Shown here in pieces: positions 1 to 12,695 of a DNA stretch of 64,000 nucleotides (positions are counted from its first letter, which is position 1; each line of letters begins with the position of its first letter). Origin of the DNA: the human T2T-CHM13v2.0 reference genome, Homo sapiens; NCBI RefSeq assembly GCF_009914755.1, contig NC_060929.1, one strand, 5' to 3'. The position numbers and the translations under genes are program-made. The notes beneath the pieces were generated by a model, which saw nothing but the letters and a program-made list of their open reading frames with translations, did not search any database and was not told the DNA's origin.

Positions 1-699
1 CATTCGCTGTCTGATAATTCCAACATTTCTGCTATTTTTTAGTTTTATTCTGATGATTGGGTTTTCAATTGAATTTGGCGTGCCTTATCATTTGATGTTG
101 AAAGTTGTACACCTTCCATCAAGTAATGAGAAATAAGGTAGATAGAACCATGTGTGAGTATTTAATTAATATGACTAAAAATTAAGCTTTAAAAAATTTT
201 TGCTCTATCTATAAGTGCCAGAGGCTCCATTTCTTCCCAGTTTTTTGATATTTTTCTCTATTCTTGACTTTGGTTTTTCTACATACTCCTGCTCAGAGAT
301 AGTCTGTGAAGTTTAGATCCTTCAAATTTAATACACTGTTATACTGAGTTTGGCTGTTGTACAACAAAGTGTGAAGAATGATGAGCTCTCTTTAATCTTT
401 TAATTAAATCTCAATATTTTGTGTGCCTATGTCTCAGGCTGTTACCTTCACAAATGTTTATAAAGTAGTATTGTTCTTTTTTCAACCTTTATAATCTACT
501 ATGTTCCCTGGCTACAGCATTCCCAATATATTTCCTTTAAGCCCTGACCCTGCAAACTATATGCTTTTCCCTCTTAGGTGAGACAGAAAAGCCAATGGAG
601 GCTGGAGTGGAAAAAATATCTTTCTCTCAGCTCAGCAATCAGAGATAACTTGGACCTCAGTTCTTTACTTGATCTAAAGATGATCACTACTCTTTAGTG

Positions 700-821
700 T
701 CTTTTCTTCCTCCTCTTCCTCCTCCTCTCCTTCCCCTTCCCCTTCTTTCTCTTCCTCTTCTTTCCTCCTTCCCTTCCTCCCCCTTCCCCTCCCACTCCTC
801 CTCCTTCTTCTTCTTCTTCTT
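700..821. repeat. Polypyrimidine low-complexity tract (CCT/CTT/CCCTT)
   Basis: About 120 bp of almost only C and T, ending in (TTC)n. Confidence 0.95.
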
Positions 822-827
822 GATAGG

Positions 828-1140
828 GGCCGGAAGCAGTGGCTCATACCTGTAATCCCAGCACTTTGGGAGGCTGAGGCGGGTGGATCACCTGAGGTCA
901 GGAGTTACAGAGCAGCCTGGTAAACATGGTGAAAGCCCATCTCTACTAAAAATACAAAATCAGCCAAGCACGGTGGCACACATGCAATCCCAGCTACTCA
1001 GGAGGCTGAGGCAGGAGAATCACTTGAATTCCGGAGGCAGAGATTGCAGTGAGCCAAGATGGCGCCAGCACACTCTAGCCTGGGCAACAGAGTGAGTGAA
1101 ATGAATGAGACTACATGTCAAAAACAAAACAAAACAAAAA
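828..1140 (+). mobile_element. Alu (AluS-like)
   Basis: GGCCGG...GGCTCA..CCTGTAATCCCAGCACTTTGGGAGG start, A-rich linker, right arm, (AAAAC)n tail. Confidence 0.95.
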
Positions 1141-2475
1141 GAAAGGCAGGAGTAATGACTTCCAAGTTTTCTACACATCAAAGCTGTAACTGGAAGACTC
1201 TCACTATAGTTTTTTAATTTCTCTTTTTAAATTGTTTTTAAAAACTTTGACAAAAAAGACATAACTTTAGATTTGTTTTTTTTTTTTTGGAAATTTTGTT
1301 ACCAGATGGTTTATTGATTGATACTAATCCTAAATCCAAGAGTTGTCATTAAGTATACAAATAGTATTTTAATTATGAGTATCAATCCAAAATTTAACTG
1401 TTTATGTAAATTTTAAGTGTAATAATAGTTGTGTGTGTACATGCATGTACACATTAATACTAAGAAACAGACCCAGCGAAGATAATATGTATGATACAAA
1501 ATGAGATACTTCTCAACAAACATTCACTCCTTTCTGGCTCCATAAATTTGGGATTTGCTCTCTGGCTTACGGTGGTCAAAAGAGAGTAAAGTGAGATATA
1601 AGCAAAGGCTATACCTATGATTCAGGAAGTTGGCCTGTCTTTTTGCTGTTTTGGATCTGCCATCAAAAGACAGTGATTTGAGGAGCTGAATAGTAACCAA
1701 TGATTTAAAGAGAGTTAGGAAATATATGGAGGAGATTTGCATGTAATTTGCAGCTTAACATTAAGTCAAGACAATCATATATGAGTCTAGTAGAGCAATA
1801 GTCACCCTTCAAACATGGAAATATGGGCATAAGCGTTAGAAGCCAGAGTGAATTAGTGTTGATTACACAGCAAGAAATGGCTTACTAAAAATGTAATGTT
1901 ACTTACAATATGTGGAATTACAACCAAATGTATTAATCAACATAACTACATCACATGGGTAAAAAAAGAAGTTATATTGTACAATTTAAGATGTAAATAC
2001 TCCTTTTTTTCTCTAATATATGAAGTTAAGTCTTACATAACTCTCAATGACTGAAGATAAATACAATTGTGTAATTAAAGAAATTTGCTAAGATAATTAT
2101 CTCTCCAATTTATAAATGAAATATATTATTTAACTATTTAGATATAAATTATAAGTGATAAACGAGTGAGAAGAACTTTTAGAAGGGGTCAAAATTAATT
2201 AAGCAAGATTTTTTTTTTTTGCTAAATGCCCATCTCACAGGTTTTTAAAAAAATTTTTTTTTGCTAAATTATAACTAAGCAAGTTTCAATGTTTTTTAAG
2301 ATGTATAGGTCATGAATATAATTTTACTAATGTCATATGTGGTGTGAGATAAAATATTTGAGGCATTTTTGAATTGCATCCAGATTCTACACTTTGTTTC
2401 ATTAACATTTTCAAATAAATCTTAAAGTATTATAAATATTTAATATTTAAAAATTTTGGAACTCATCAAAGATAT

Positions 2476-3892
2476 TGAGAGGTGACAACGTGCTGGCAGT
2501 CCTCACAGCCCTCGCTCGCTCTCGGCGCCTCCTCTGCCTGGGTTCTCACTTTGGCGGCACTTGAGGAGCCGTTCAGCCCACCGCTGCACTGTGGCAGCCC
2601 CTTTCTGGGCTGGCCAAGGCCGGAGCCGGCTCCCTCAGCTTGCAGGGAGGTGTGGAGGGAAAGGCGACAGCGGGAACCGGGGCTGCGCGCGGCGCTTCCG
2701 GCGCTGCGCGCGGCGCTTGCGGCCAGCTGGAGTTCCGGGTGGGCGTGGGCTTGGCGGGCCCTGCACTCGGAGCAGCCGGCTGGCCCCGCCGCGGCCGAGC
2801 AATGAGGAGTACACCCTCCGGGCCAGCGACTGTGGAGGGTGTACTGGGTACCCCAGCAGTGACAGCCCACCGGCGCTGCGTTCGATTTCTCGCTGGGCCT
2901 TAGCTGCCTTCCCTCAGGGCAGGGCTCGGGACCTGCAGCCCGCCATGCCTGAGCCTCCCACCCCCTCCGTTGGCTCCTGTGCTGCCCGAGCCTCCCGGAT
3001 GAGCGCCGCCCCCTGCTCCAGGGCGCCCAGTCCCATCGACCACCCAAGGGCTGAGGAGTGCGGGCGCGCGGCGCGGGACTGGCAGGCAGCTCCACCTGCA
3101 GCCCCGGTGAGGGATCCACTGGGTGAAGCCAGCTGGGCTCCTGAGTCTGGTGAGGACATGGAGAACCTTTATGTCCAGCTCAAGGTTTGTAAATACACCA
3201 ATCAGCACCTTGTATCTAGCTCAGGGTTTGTGAATGCACCAATCGACACTCTGTATCTAGCTACTCTGGTGGGGTCTTGGAGAACCTTAATGTCTAGCTC
3301 AGGGATTGTAAATACACCAATTGGCACTCTGTATCTAGCTCAAGGTGTGTAAACACACCAGTCTGCACCCTGTGTCTAGCTCAGAGTTTGTGAATGCACC
3401 AATGGACACTCTGTATCTAGCTAATCTAGTGGGGACGTGGAGAACCTTTGTGTCTAGCTCAGGGATTGTAAACGCACCAGTCAGCGCCCTGTCAAAACAG
3501 ACCACTGGGCTCTACCAATCAGCAGGATGTGGGTGGGGCCAGATAAGAGAATAAAAGCAGGCTGCCTGAACCAGCAGTGGCAACCCGCTCGGGACCCCTT
3601 CCACACTGTGGAGGCTTTGTTCTTTCGCTCTTTGCAATAAATCTTGCTACTGCTCACTCTTTGGGTCCACACTGCTTTTATGAGTTGTAACACTCACCGC
3701 GAAGGTCTGCAGCTTCACTCCTGAGCTAGCGAGACCACGAACCCACCAGAAGGAAGAAACTGAACACATCCGAACATCAGAAGGAACAAACTCCAGACGC
3801 GCGCCACCTTAAGAGCTGTAACACTCACCGCGAGGGTCCGAGGCTTCATTCTTGAAGTCAGTGAGACCAAGAACCCACCAATTCTGGACACA
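2476..3892 (+). mobile_element. LTR12C-type solo LTR of ERV9
   Basis: Starts TGAGAGGTGACAACGTGCTGGCAGTCC and ends CCAATTCTGGACACA. CpG-rich U3, then tandem CCAAT-containing ~40-bp repeats at 3180-3520. Flanks ATAT/ATAG are an imperfect 4-bp TSD. Confidence 0.95.
3180..3580 (+). promoter_or_regulatory. ERV9 LTR enhancer/promoter: CCAAT (NF-Y) array, GATA motif and AATAAAA TATA-equivalent
   Basis: CCAAT at 3198, 3239, 3317, 3399 and 3515; GTGGGTGGGGCC then AGATAAGAGAATAAAAGC at 3541-3558. Matches the known ERV9 U3 layout; activity at this locus is unknown. Confidence 0.7.
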
Positions 3893-6800
3893 ATAGTATC
3901 TCATTGTGGTTTTGATTTTCATTTCTGTAATGATCTGTGATACTGAGCTTGATACAGGTTTTTTGACCACATATATGTTTTCTTTTGAAAAGTGATTGTT
4001 CATGGCTATTGCTCACTTTTTAATGGGGTTGTTTTTCCCCTGTAAATTTGTTTAAGTTCCTTATAGATGCTGGATATTAGATCTTTGTCAGATACATTGT
4101 TTGCAAATATTTTCTCCCATTTTGTAGGTTGTCAGTTTACTCTGTTGATAGTTTCTTTTGCTGTGCAGAAGCTCTTTAGTATAATTAGATCTCATTAATC
4201 AATTTTTACTTTTGTTGCTGTTGTTTTTGGTGTCTTTATTATGAAATACTTGTCAGTTTCTATGTCTATAATGGTATTGCCTTGTTGTCTTCCAGGGTTT
4301 TTATAGTTTTGAGTTTTGCATTTAAGTCTTCAATCTATCTTGAGTTGATTTAAATATATATGTATGTATGTGTATATATATATAATGAAAGAGAGGGGTC
4401 CAGTTTCCATTTTTTGCATATGGCTAGCCAGTTACCCATTTATTGAATAGTCCTTTCCCTATTGCTTATTTTTGTCATTTTTATCAAGGATGAGATGGTT
4501 GTAGGTGTGCAGACTTATTTCTGGGGTCTGTATTGTGTTCCATTGGTCTACGTGTCTGTTTTTATACCAGTACCACACTGTTTTGATTTCTGTAGCGCTA
4601 TAGTGCAGTTTCAAGTTGGTTAGATATGCCTCTATCTTTGTCCTTTTTGCTTAGGATTGCCTTAGGCTTTGTTTATTTGTTTGTTTCTAATGAATTTTAA
4701 AAGAGTTTTCTTTTCTAGTTCTGTGAAGAATGACATTGGTAGTTTGACAGAAATAGCAAATCTGTAAATTTCTTTGGACAGTAAGGCCATTTTAATTATA
4801 TCGATTCTCTCTATTCTCAAGCATAGCATGTTTTTCCACTTGTTTATGTCATCTCTGATTTTTCGAGCAGTGCTTTGTAATTCTCATTGTAGAGATCTTC
4901 CGCATCCCTGGTTAGCTGTATTCCTAGGTGTTTTATTTTTTTGTATCCATTATAAATTAGATGGCATTCCTGACTTGATTTTCAGCTTGGCTGTTGTTGA
5001 TATATAGGAATGCCAGTAATTTCTTTTTTTTTTTCTTTTTTTTTTTTTTTGAGACGGAGTCTCGCTCTTTCGCCCAGGCTGGAGTGCAGTGGCGCAATCT
5101 CGGCTCACTGCAGGCTCTGCCCCCCGGGGTTCATGCCATTCTTCTGCCTCAGCCTCCCAAGTAGCTGGGACTACAGGCGCCCGCCACCTTGCCCGGCTAA
5201 TTTTTTGTATTTTTAGTAGAGACGGGGTTTCACCGTGTTAGCCAGGATGGTCTCGATCTCCTGACCTCGTGATCTGCCCGCCTCGGCCTCCCAAAGTGCT
5301 GGGTTTACAGGCGTGAGCCACCGCGCCCGGCCGCCAGTAGTTTCTTATGTTGATTTTGTATCCTGAGATGTTGCCAAAATTGTTTATCAGCTGGAACTTT
5401 TGGCCTGAGACTATGGGGTTTTCTAAATACAGAAACATGCCGTCTGCAAACAGGGATAGTTTGACTTCCTCTCTTCCAATTTGAATGCCCTTTATTTCTT
5501 TCTCTTGCCTGATTGCCCTGGCCAGAACTTCCAATAGGAAGAGGAATGTTGAGGAAGGGCATGCTTGTCTTGTGCTGGTTTTCAAGGGAAATGCTTCTTG
5601 ATTTTGCACATTCAGCATGATGTTGCCTGTGGGTTTGTCATTGATGGCCTTTTTTTTTTTTTCTTTTTTGGAGGTGTGTTCCTTCAATGCCTAGGCTATT
5701 GAAAGTTTTTAACATGAAGGGATGTTGAATTTTATCAAAAGTGTTTTCTGCATCTGTTAAGATAAATATGTAGTTTTTGCCTTTGGTTCTGTTTATGTGA
5801 TGAATCACATTTATTGATTTGCAGATGTTAAACCAAACTTGCACCCAGGGAATAAAGTCTACTTGATCATTGTGGATTAGCTAGCTGTCTGATGTGCTTC
5901 TGAATTCAGTTTGCTAGTATTTTGTTGAGAATTTTTACATCAATGTTAATCCAAGATATTGGCCTGAAGTTTTCTTTCTTTTTTTTTTTTTTTTCGCTGT
6001 GTCTCTGCTAGGTTTTGGTACCAGAATGATGCTGACTTAATAGAATGAGTTGGGGAGAAGTCCTTCCTCCTCATTTATTTGGGAATAGTTTCAGCAGAAA
6101 TGGTACTAGCTCTTCTCTGTACATCTGGCAGAATTTGGCTGTGACTCCATCTGGTCTTGGGCTTTTGTTAGTTGGTAGTCTATTTGTTACTGGTTCAATT
6201 TTGGAACCTGTTATTTGTCTTTTCAGGGAATCAGTGTCTTCCTGGTTCAGTCTTGGGAGGGTGTATGAATCCAGAAATGTATCCATCTCTTCTAAGTTTT
6301 CTAGTTTGTGTGCATAGAGGTGTTCCTAGTAGTCTCTGATTATTATTTGTATTTCTGTGGGGTCAGTGACAACATCCCATTTGTCATTTCTAAATTTGTT
6401 TCTTTAGATTTTCTCTCTTTTCTTCTTTATTAATCTGCCCAGCCACCTATCTACTTTACTATTTTTTTCAAAAAGTCAACTCCTTGATTTGTTGATCTTT
6501 TGAATTTTTTTTGTGTCTCGATCTTATTCAGTTTAGCTGATTTTTTAATGTCTGTCTTCTAGCTTTAGAGTTGGTTTGCTCTTGTTTCTCCAGTTCCTTT
6601 AGCTGTGATGTTAGGTTGTTAATTTGAGATCTTTCTAATTTTTTGATGTGGACATTTAGTGCTATAAATTTCTCTCAACACTGCCTTAAATCCCAGAGAT
6701 TCTGGTAACTTGTGTATTTGTTCTCATTAGTTTCAAAGAATTTCTGTTTTATCCTTAATTTCATTATTTATCTAAAGCCATCCAGGAGCAGGTTACTTAC

Positions 6801-8085
6801 TTTCCATGTGTTTGCATATATTTGGGCAATTTTTTAATTATTTATTTCTATTTTTATTGTTTGTGGTCCAAGAGTGTGTTTGGTGTAATTTTAGTTCTTT
6901 CACATTTTCTGAGGATTGTTTTATGACTATATGATTGATTGTAAAATATGTGCCTTGTGGTGATGAGAAGAATGTATATTCTGTTGTTTTTGGTGGGGAG
7001 TTCTTCAGAGGTCTATGAAATCTATTTTGTCCAATTTTGAGGTCATGTCCTGAGTATCTTCTGCCTCGATGATCTAAGTATCAGTGGAGTGTTGAAGTTT
7101 CCCCCTATTATTGTGTGGGAGCCTAATTCTCTTTGTAGGTGTCTAAGAACTTGCTTTATGAATCTGGATGTTCCTGTGGTAGTTGCATATGTATTTAGGG
7201 TAGTTAGGTCTTCTTTTCAAATTGAATCCTTTACCATTATGTAATGCCCTTCTTTTTCTTTTTCTTTTTCTTTTTTAATATTTGTTGCTTTAAAGTTTGT
7301 TTTGTCTGAAATTAGGATTGCAACCCCTGCTTTTTTTTACTGAATTCCATTTGCTCAGTAGATTTTCCTCCTTGTCTTTACTTTGAGCCTATGGGTGTCA
7401 TTGCGTGTAAGGCTGGTCTCTTGAAGACCACATATCAACAAATCTTGCTTTTGTATCCAGCTTGTCACTCTGTGCTTTTTAAATGAGACATTTAGCCTAT
7501 TTACATTCACAGTTAGTATTGATATGTGTGGATTTGATCCTGTCATTATGTTATCAGCTGGTTATTATGCCAACTTGTTTATGTGGTTGCTTTACAATGT
7601 CACTTGTCTATGTACTTAAGTGTGTTTTTTTATTGGCTGGTAATGGTCTTTCTTTTTCATATTTAGTGCTTGTTTCAAGATCTCTTATAAGGTGGGTCTG
7701 ATGGTAACAAACTCTCTCAGCATTGGTTTATCTGAAAAAGATCTTATTTCTCCTACCCTTTGGATTCTTGCTTTGGCTGGTATGAAATTCTTGGTTGAAG
7801 ACTTCTTTTTTTAAGAAGCTTGTAGAGTTTCTGCTGAGAGGTTCACTGTTAGTCTAATAGGGTTCCATTTGTAGGTTACCTGCCTTTTGTCTCTGGCTGC
7901 CTTTAATATTCTTTCATTTCGTCCTTGGAAAAATCTGACAATTATGTGTCTTGGAGATAATCTTCTTGTTGTAGAATCTTTCAGGGGTTCTCTGTAATTG
8001 CTGAATTTGCCTGTTGGCCTGTCTAGTGAGACTGAGGAAGTTTTTATGGATAATATCCTGAAATATGTTTTTTAAGTTGTTTGGA
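3893..8085 (-). mobile_element. L1P element (part of ORF1 plus ORF2, degenerate, lacking the 3' end)
   Basis: Minus-strand ORF fragments match L1 ORF2p: MTGSNPHISILTVNVN (endonuclease start), [44 protein letters not shown] (RT). Confidence 0.93.
5026..5332 (-). mobile_element. AluY inserted in L1
   Basis: Poly(T) then GAGACGGAGTCTCGCTC...GAGCCACCGCGCCCGGCC, with CpGs retained. TSD GCCAGTA(A/G)TTTCTT on both sides. Confidence 0.95.
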
Positions 8086-9480
8086 AAGTTTAATAAGGTA
8101 TCTGAACATAAAATTAATATAAATTGCTGGTGTCTTTCTATACATAATTGAAAAATAAAATTAAATTGTTCATTTCTTAGAAGACACAAAACACAATTGT
8201 TAAAAATGTGGAGGAATTTGTCTATTTATATTAGAAAATATAATAAAAAGGTATCAATTTTCCTCAAGTTTATTTGTACAGTCAATGCCATTGATTTCAA
8301 TAAGATTTCTACAGAATTTTTAAAATATCTATTAAGAGGATTTGAAATGCATTTGGTAGATTTTATGCCCAAATATCTATCTAATTACAAAATTAGAAAG
8401 AGAAAATAGTAGATTTTACATCCAAGAACAGGCAAAATACTGCTGCAGAAAAAACTAAATGTGGGATTTGCCCTAATACTTATTGAGATGTGAAGCTGTA
8501 GGTAATTCTTAGAAAACTGATAGGAAATACTATCGGTACAAGAACAGACAAGATAATAGTTCAGTGGAATAGAAGTGTATTAAATTTATTGGCTGGGAAT
8601 ATTTGCTGACACCTGTAATTCCAGCACTTTAGGAGGTTCAGGTGGGTAGATCACTTAACGTCAGGAGTTTGAGACCAGCCTAGCCAAAATGCAGAAACCC
8701 AATCTGTACTAAAAGATACAAAAATTAGCTGGGGGTGGTGGGATGCACCTGTCACTCCAGCTGCTGGGGAGGCTGAGGCAGGATAATCACTTGAACTCAA
8801 GAGGTGGAGGTTGCAGCAAGCCAAGATCATCCCACTGCACTCCAGTTTGGGTGACAGAGCAAGACTCTACCTCAAACCAATAAATAGATAAATAAATTTC
8901 TTATATCTTGCTGATACGACAAAAGTATCCCTATTACGAATACATAAAGACAATAAGAAAGTGCAATTAAAACCAATAGAAAGTGGGAAAAGTCAGGAAT
9001 TTACTTTCTGTAGAAAGGAGTCACATAGAGGCAAGCATCATTGATAATGAAGACATTAAAATAAAGGTCATAAGATAAAATTTTATGACCATTTGATGGA
9101 GAAAATTAAAACATTTGAAAACATCAGATGTTGAAGTAAATGCTGAGGAATGTACAAGTATCCATTGATACAACCACACTGGCAAAGAGTTTATTACTGT
9201 ATGATTTTATAAAGATGAGGAATTACATGCTCTATACCTTAAAATACTGCTTCCACTTCTTTATACAAGAACAATTCTTTCACGCATTAACTCAGAGATT
9301 TATACAAGTATATTCTTATCAGCTATCCACAGTAGCAGAAATTAAGAAACATAGAGGCCATCAAGAGGAGATTGTTACACTCAAATAATGTGATTTGCTA
9401 CATTTATCCAAGTGAAAGAATTACAAAGCAAGTACTCTAATATAAATAAATATTTATGTACATAACATTAAGTATAATAT
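8086..9480 (+). mobile_element. Old L1M (L1ME-like) ORF2/3' fragments
   Basis: Degenerate L1 ORF2 C-terminal phrases, e.g. atcaattttcctcaagtttatt and actatcggtacaagaacagac. Confidence 0.5.
8591..8892 (+). mobile_element. Alu (diverged AluS/J)
   Basis: Two-arm Alu structure with A-rich tail; flanks TAAATTTATT/TAAATTTCTT. Confidence 0.92.
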
Positions 9481-9574
9481 TAACCCACTGGAAATAAAAT
9501 CAGCATATAAACTCATATAAATATAACATAAAATATAATATATATACATATACCCTATAAACAAATACATAAAA

Positions 9575-12500
9575 ATTATATAGACAAATTCCTGGACACA
9601 TACACCCTCCTAAGACTGAACCAGGAACAAAATGAATCCCTGCATAGATCAATAACAAGTTCCTAAACAACTGAGGCAGTAATAAACACCTACCAACCAA
9701 AAAAAAAAAAAAAAAGCCCACAACCAGAGGGATTTATAGCTGAATTTTACCAGACGTACAAAGAGGAGTTGGTACCATTTCTTCTGAAACTATTTCAAAC
9801 AATTGATAAGCAGAGATTCCTCCATAACTCGTTTTATGAGGCCAGCATCATTCTGATACCAAAACACAGCAGAGGTACAACAACAACAACAAATTTAGGC
9901 CAATATCTTTGACGAACATCGATGTGAAAAGCCTCAATAAAATACTGGCAAACTGAATGCAGCAGCACATCAAAAAGCTTATCCACCATGATCAAGTTGG
10001 CTTCATCCCCAGGATGCAAGGCTGGTTCAACATAGGCAAATCAATAAACATAATCTATTACATAAACAGAAACCACATTATTATCTCAACAGGTTCACAA
10101 AAGGCCTTTGATAACATTCAACAACCTTCAAGTTTAAAAGTCTCAATAAACTAGGTATTGATAGAAGATATTTCAAAAAAATAAGAGCCATTTATGACAA
10201 AGCCACAGCCAATATCATACTGAATGAGCAAAAGCTGGAAGAATTCCTCTTGAAAACCATCACTAGACAAGAATGCCCTCTCTCACTACTCCTTTTCAAC
10301 ATAGTATTGGAATTTCTGGCCAGGCCAATCAGGTAAGAGAAATAAAATGTATTCAGATAGGAATATAGGAAGACAAACCGTCTCTGTTTGCAGATGACAC
10401 TATCCTGTATCTAGAAAATCCCTTCATCTCAGCCCAAAAGCTTAAGCTGATAAGCAAATTCAGCAGTCTCAGAATACAAAATCAATGCCAGAAATCACAA
10501 GCATTCTTATACATCAACAACAGACAAGTGGAGAGCCAAATCATAAATGAACTTCCAATAACAATTACTACAAAGAAAATAAAATACCTAGGAATACAGC
10601 TAACAAGAAAAGTGAAGGACCTCTTCAAGGAGAACCACAAAGCATTGCTCAAGAAAATCAAAGCAGGCACAAACAAATGGAAAAACATTTCATATTCATG
10701 GATAGAAAGAATCAATATCATGAAAATGGCCATATTGCCCAAAGTAATTTATAAATTCAATGCTATTACCATTAAACTACCAGTGATGTTCTTCAGAGAA
10801 TTAGAAAAAAACAACTGCTTTAAAATTAATATGGAATAAAAAAACAGCCTGTGTAGCCAAGACAATCTTAAGCAAAAAGCACAAAGCTGGAGGCATCATG
10901 CTACCTGAAATCAAACTATACTACAAGGTTACAGTAACCATAAGAACATGATACTGGTACAAAAACAGACATATAGACCAAAGGAACAATACAGAACTGA
11001 GAAGTAAGACTGCACATCTACAACCATCTGATCTTTGACAAACCTGACAAAAACAAGCTGTATTATTCCATTTTAACACTGCTGATAAAGACATATATGA
11101 GACTAGGTAATTCCTAAAGAAAAAGAGGTTTAATGGACTCACAGTTCCACGTGGCTGGGGAGCCCTCACGATCATGGTGGAAGATGAAAGGCAAGTCTTG
11201 CATGGCAGCAGACAAGAGGAATCAAAGAGAACCAAGTGAAAGGGTTTTTCCCTTATGAAACCATCAGATCTCGTCGGATTTATTCACTACCACAAGAACA
11301 TTATAGGGCATACCACCTCCATTATTCAATTATCTTCCACCGGTACCTCCCACAACATGTGGTAATTATGGGAACTACAATTCAAGATGAGATTGGTGGG
11401 GAGTCCCCACAGCCAAACCATATCACAATCAATGGGGAAAGGATTACCTATTTAATAAATGGTGCTGGGAGAACTGTCTAGCCATATGCAGAAAATTGAA
11501 ACTGGACCCCTTCCTTACACTTTATACAAAAATTAACTCAAGATGAATTAAAGACTTAAATATAAAACCCCAAACTATAAAAACCCTAGAAGAAAAATCT
11601 AGGCAATACCATTATGGACATAGGCATGTGCAAAATTTCATGATGAAAACATTAAAAGCAATTGTGGCAAAAGCAAAAGTTGACATATAGAATATAATTA
11701 AACTAAAGAGCTTCTGCACAGCCAAAGAAACTATCATCAAAACAAACAGACAACCTATAGAATGGGATAAAAATTTTGCCATGTATCCATCTGACAAAGA
11801 TCTAATATCCAGAATCTACAAGATACTTAAACAAATTTACAAGGAATAAAATGAATAACTCCATTAAAAAGTGGGCAAAGGACATGAGCAAACACTTCTC
11901 AACAGAAAACTTGCATGAGGCCAGCAAACATATGAAAAAATAACACATTAAAGAAATGCAAATCAAACAACAATGAGATACCATCTCATGCCAGACAGAA
12001 TGTGATTTTTAAATAGTCAAGAAACAATAGATGCTGGTGAAGTTGTGGAGAAATAGCAACATTTTTACACTCTTGGTGGGAATGCAAATTAGTTTAACCA
12101 TTGTGGAAGACAGTGTGTTGATTCCTCAGAGACCTAGAACCAGAAATACCATTTGACCTAGCAATCCCATTACTGAGCATATACCCAAAGAAATATATCA
12201 TTTTATATAAAGATACATACATGCATATGTTCACTGCAACACTATTCACAATAGTAAAGACATGGAATCAACCCAAATGCCCATCAATGATAGATCGGAT
12301 AAAGAAAATGTGGTACATATACACCATGGAATACTATGCAGCCATATAAATAAATGAGAGCATGTCCTTTACAGGGATATGGATGGATCCAGAAGCCATT
12401 ATCCTCAGTAAACTAACTCAGGAACAACAAACCAAACACCAAGAGTTCTCACTTACAAGTGGGAGCTGAACAATGAGAACACATGGACACATGGAGGATA

Positions 12501-12695
12501 ACAACACACACTGGGGCCTGTCATGGGAGACTGGGAGGTGGGTGAGCATCAGGAAAAATAGCTAATGCGTGCTGGGCTTAATACCTAGGTGATGGGGTGA
12601 TAGGTGCAGCAAACCACCATGGCACATGCCTACCTATGTAACAAACCTGCACATCCTGCACTTGTATCTCTGAACTTAAAATAAAAAAATAAAAA
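9575..12695 (+). mobile_element. 5'-truncated L1P element (ORF2 3' half, 3'UTR, poly-A)
   Basis: ORF2p fragments [25 protein letters not shown] and [19 protein letters not shown]; 3' end CTGAACTTAAAATAAAAAAA at about 12670-12695. Confidence 0.95.
11059..11425 (-). mobile_element. THE1 (THE1C-like) MaLR solo LTR nested in L1
   Basis: TGTATT...CACAGCCAAACCATATCA termini; 5-bp TSD CAAGC/CAATC splits L1 AAAAACAAGC|AATGGGGAAAGG. Confidence 0.93.

Larger units (their letters stand above)
1..1198 (-). mobile_element. Old L1M 5'-region fragment, interrupted by a CT tract and an Alu
   Basis: Antisense L1M-like phrases: ctgataattccaacat at the start, and gagtaatgacttccaag...aactggaagac near 1150-1198 resembling an L1M 5' terminus. 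Recognised by eye. Confidence 0.5.

Noticed and set aside
700-821. Polypyrimidine tract as a triplex/H-DNA element
   Set aside because: Common low-complexity sequence with no evidence of function.
2466-3352. Overlapping long ORFs (217 aa and 263 aa, plus shorter ones)
   Set aside because: All lie in the GC-rich U3 of LTR12C, where stop codons are rare in every frame; no protein motif is recognisable.
3180-3520. Regularly spaced direct repeats resembling a CRISPR array
   Set aside because: These are the known ERV9 U3 tandem enhancer repeats, without unique spacers or cas genes, in primate DNA.
5238-5687. 149-aa ORF with reverse-transcriptase-like sequence
   Set aside because: Broken L1 ORF2 reading into an Alu; not a gene.
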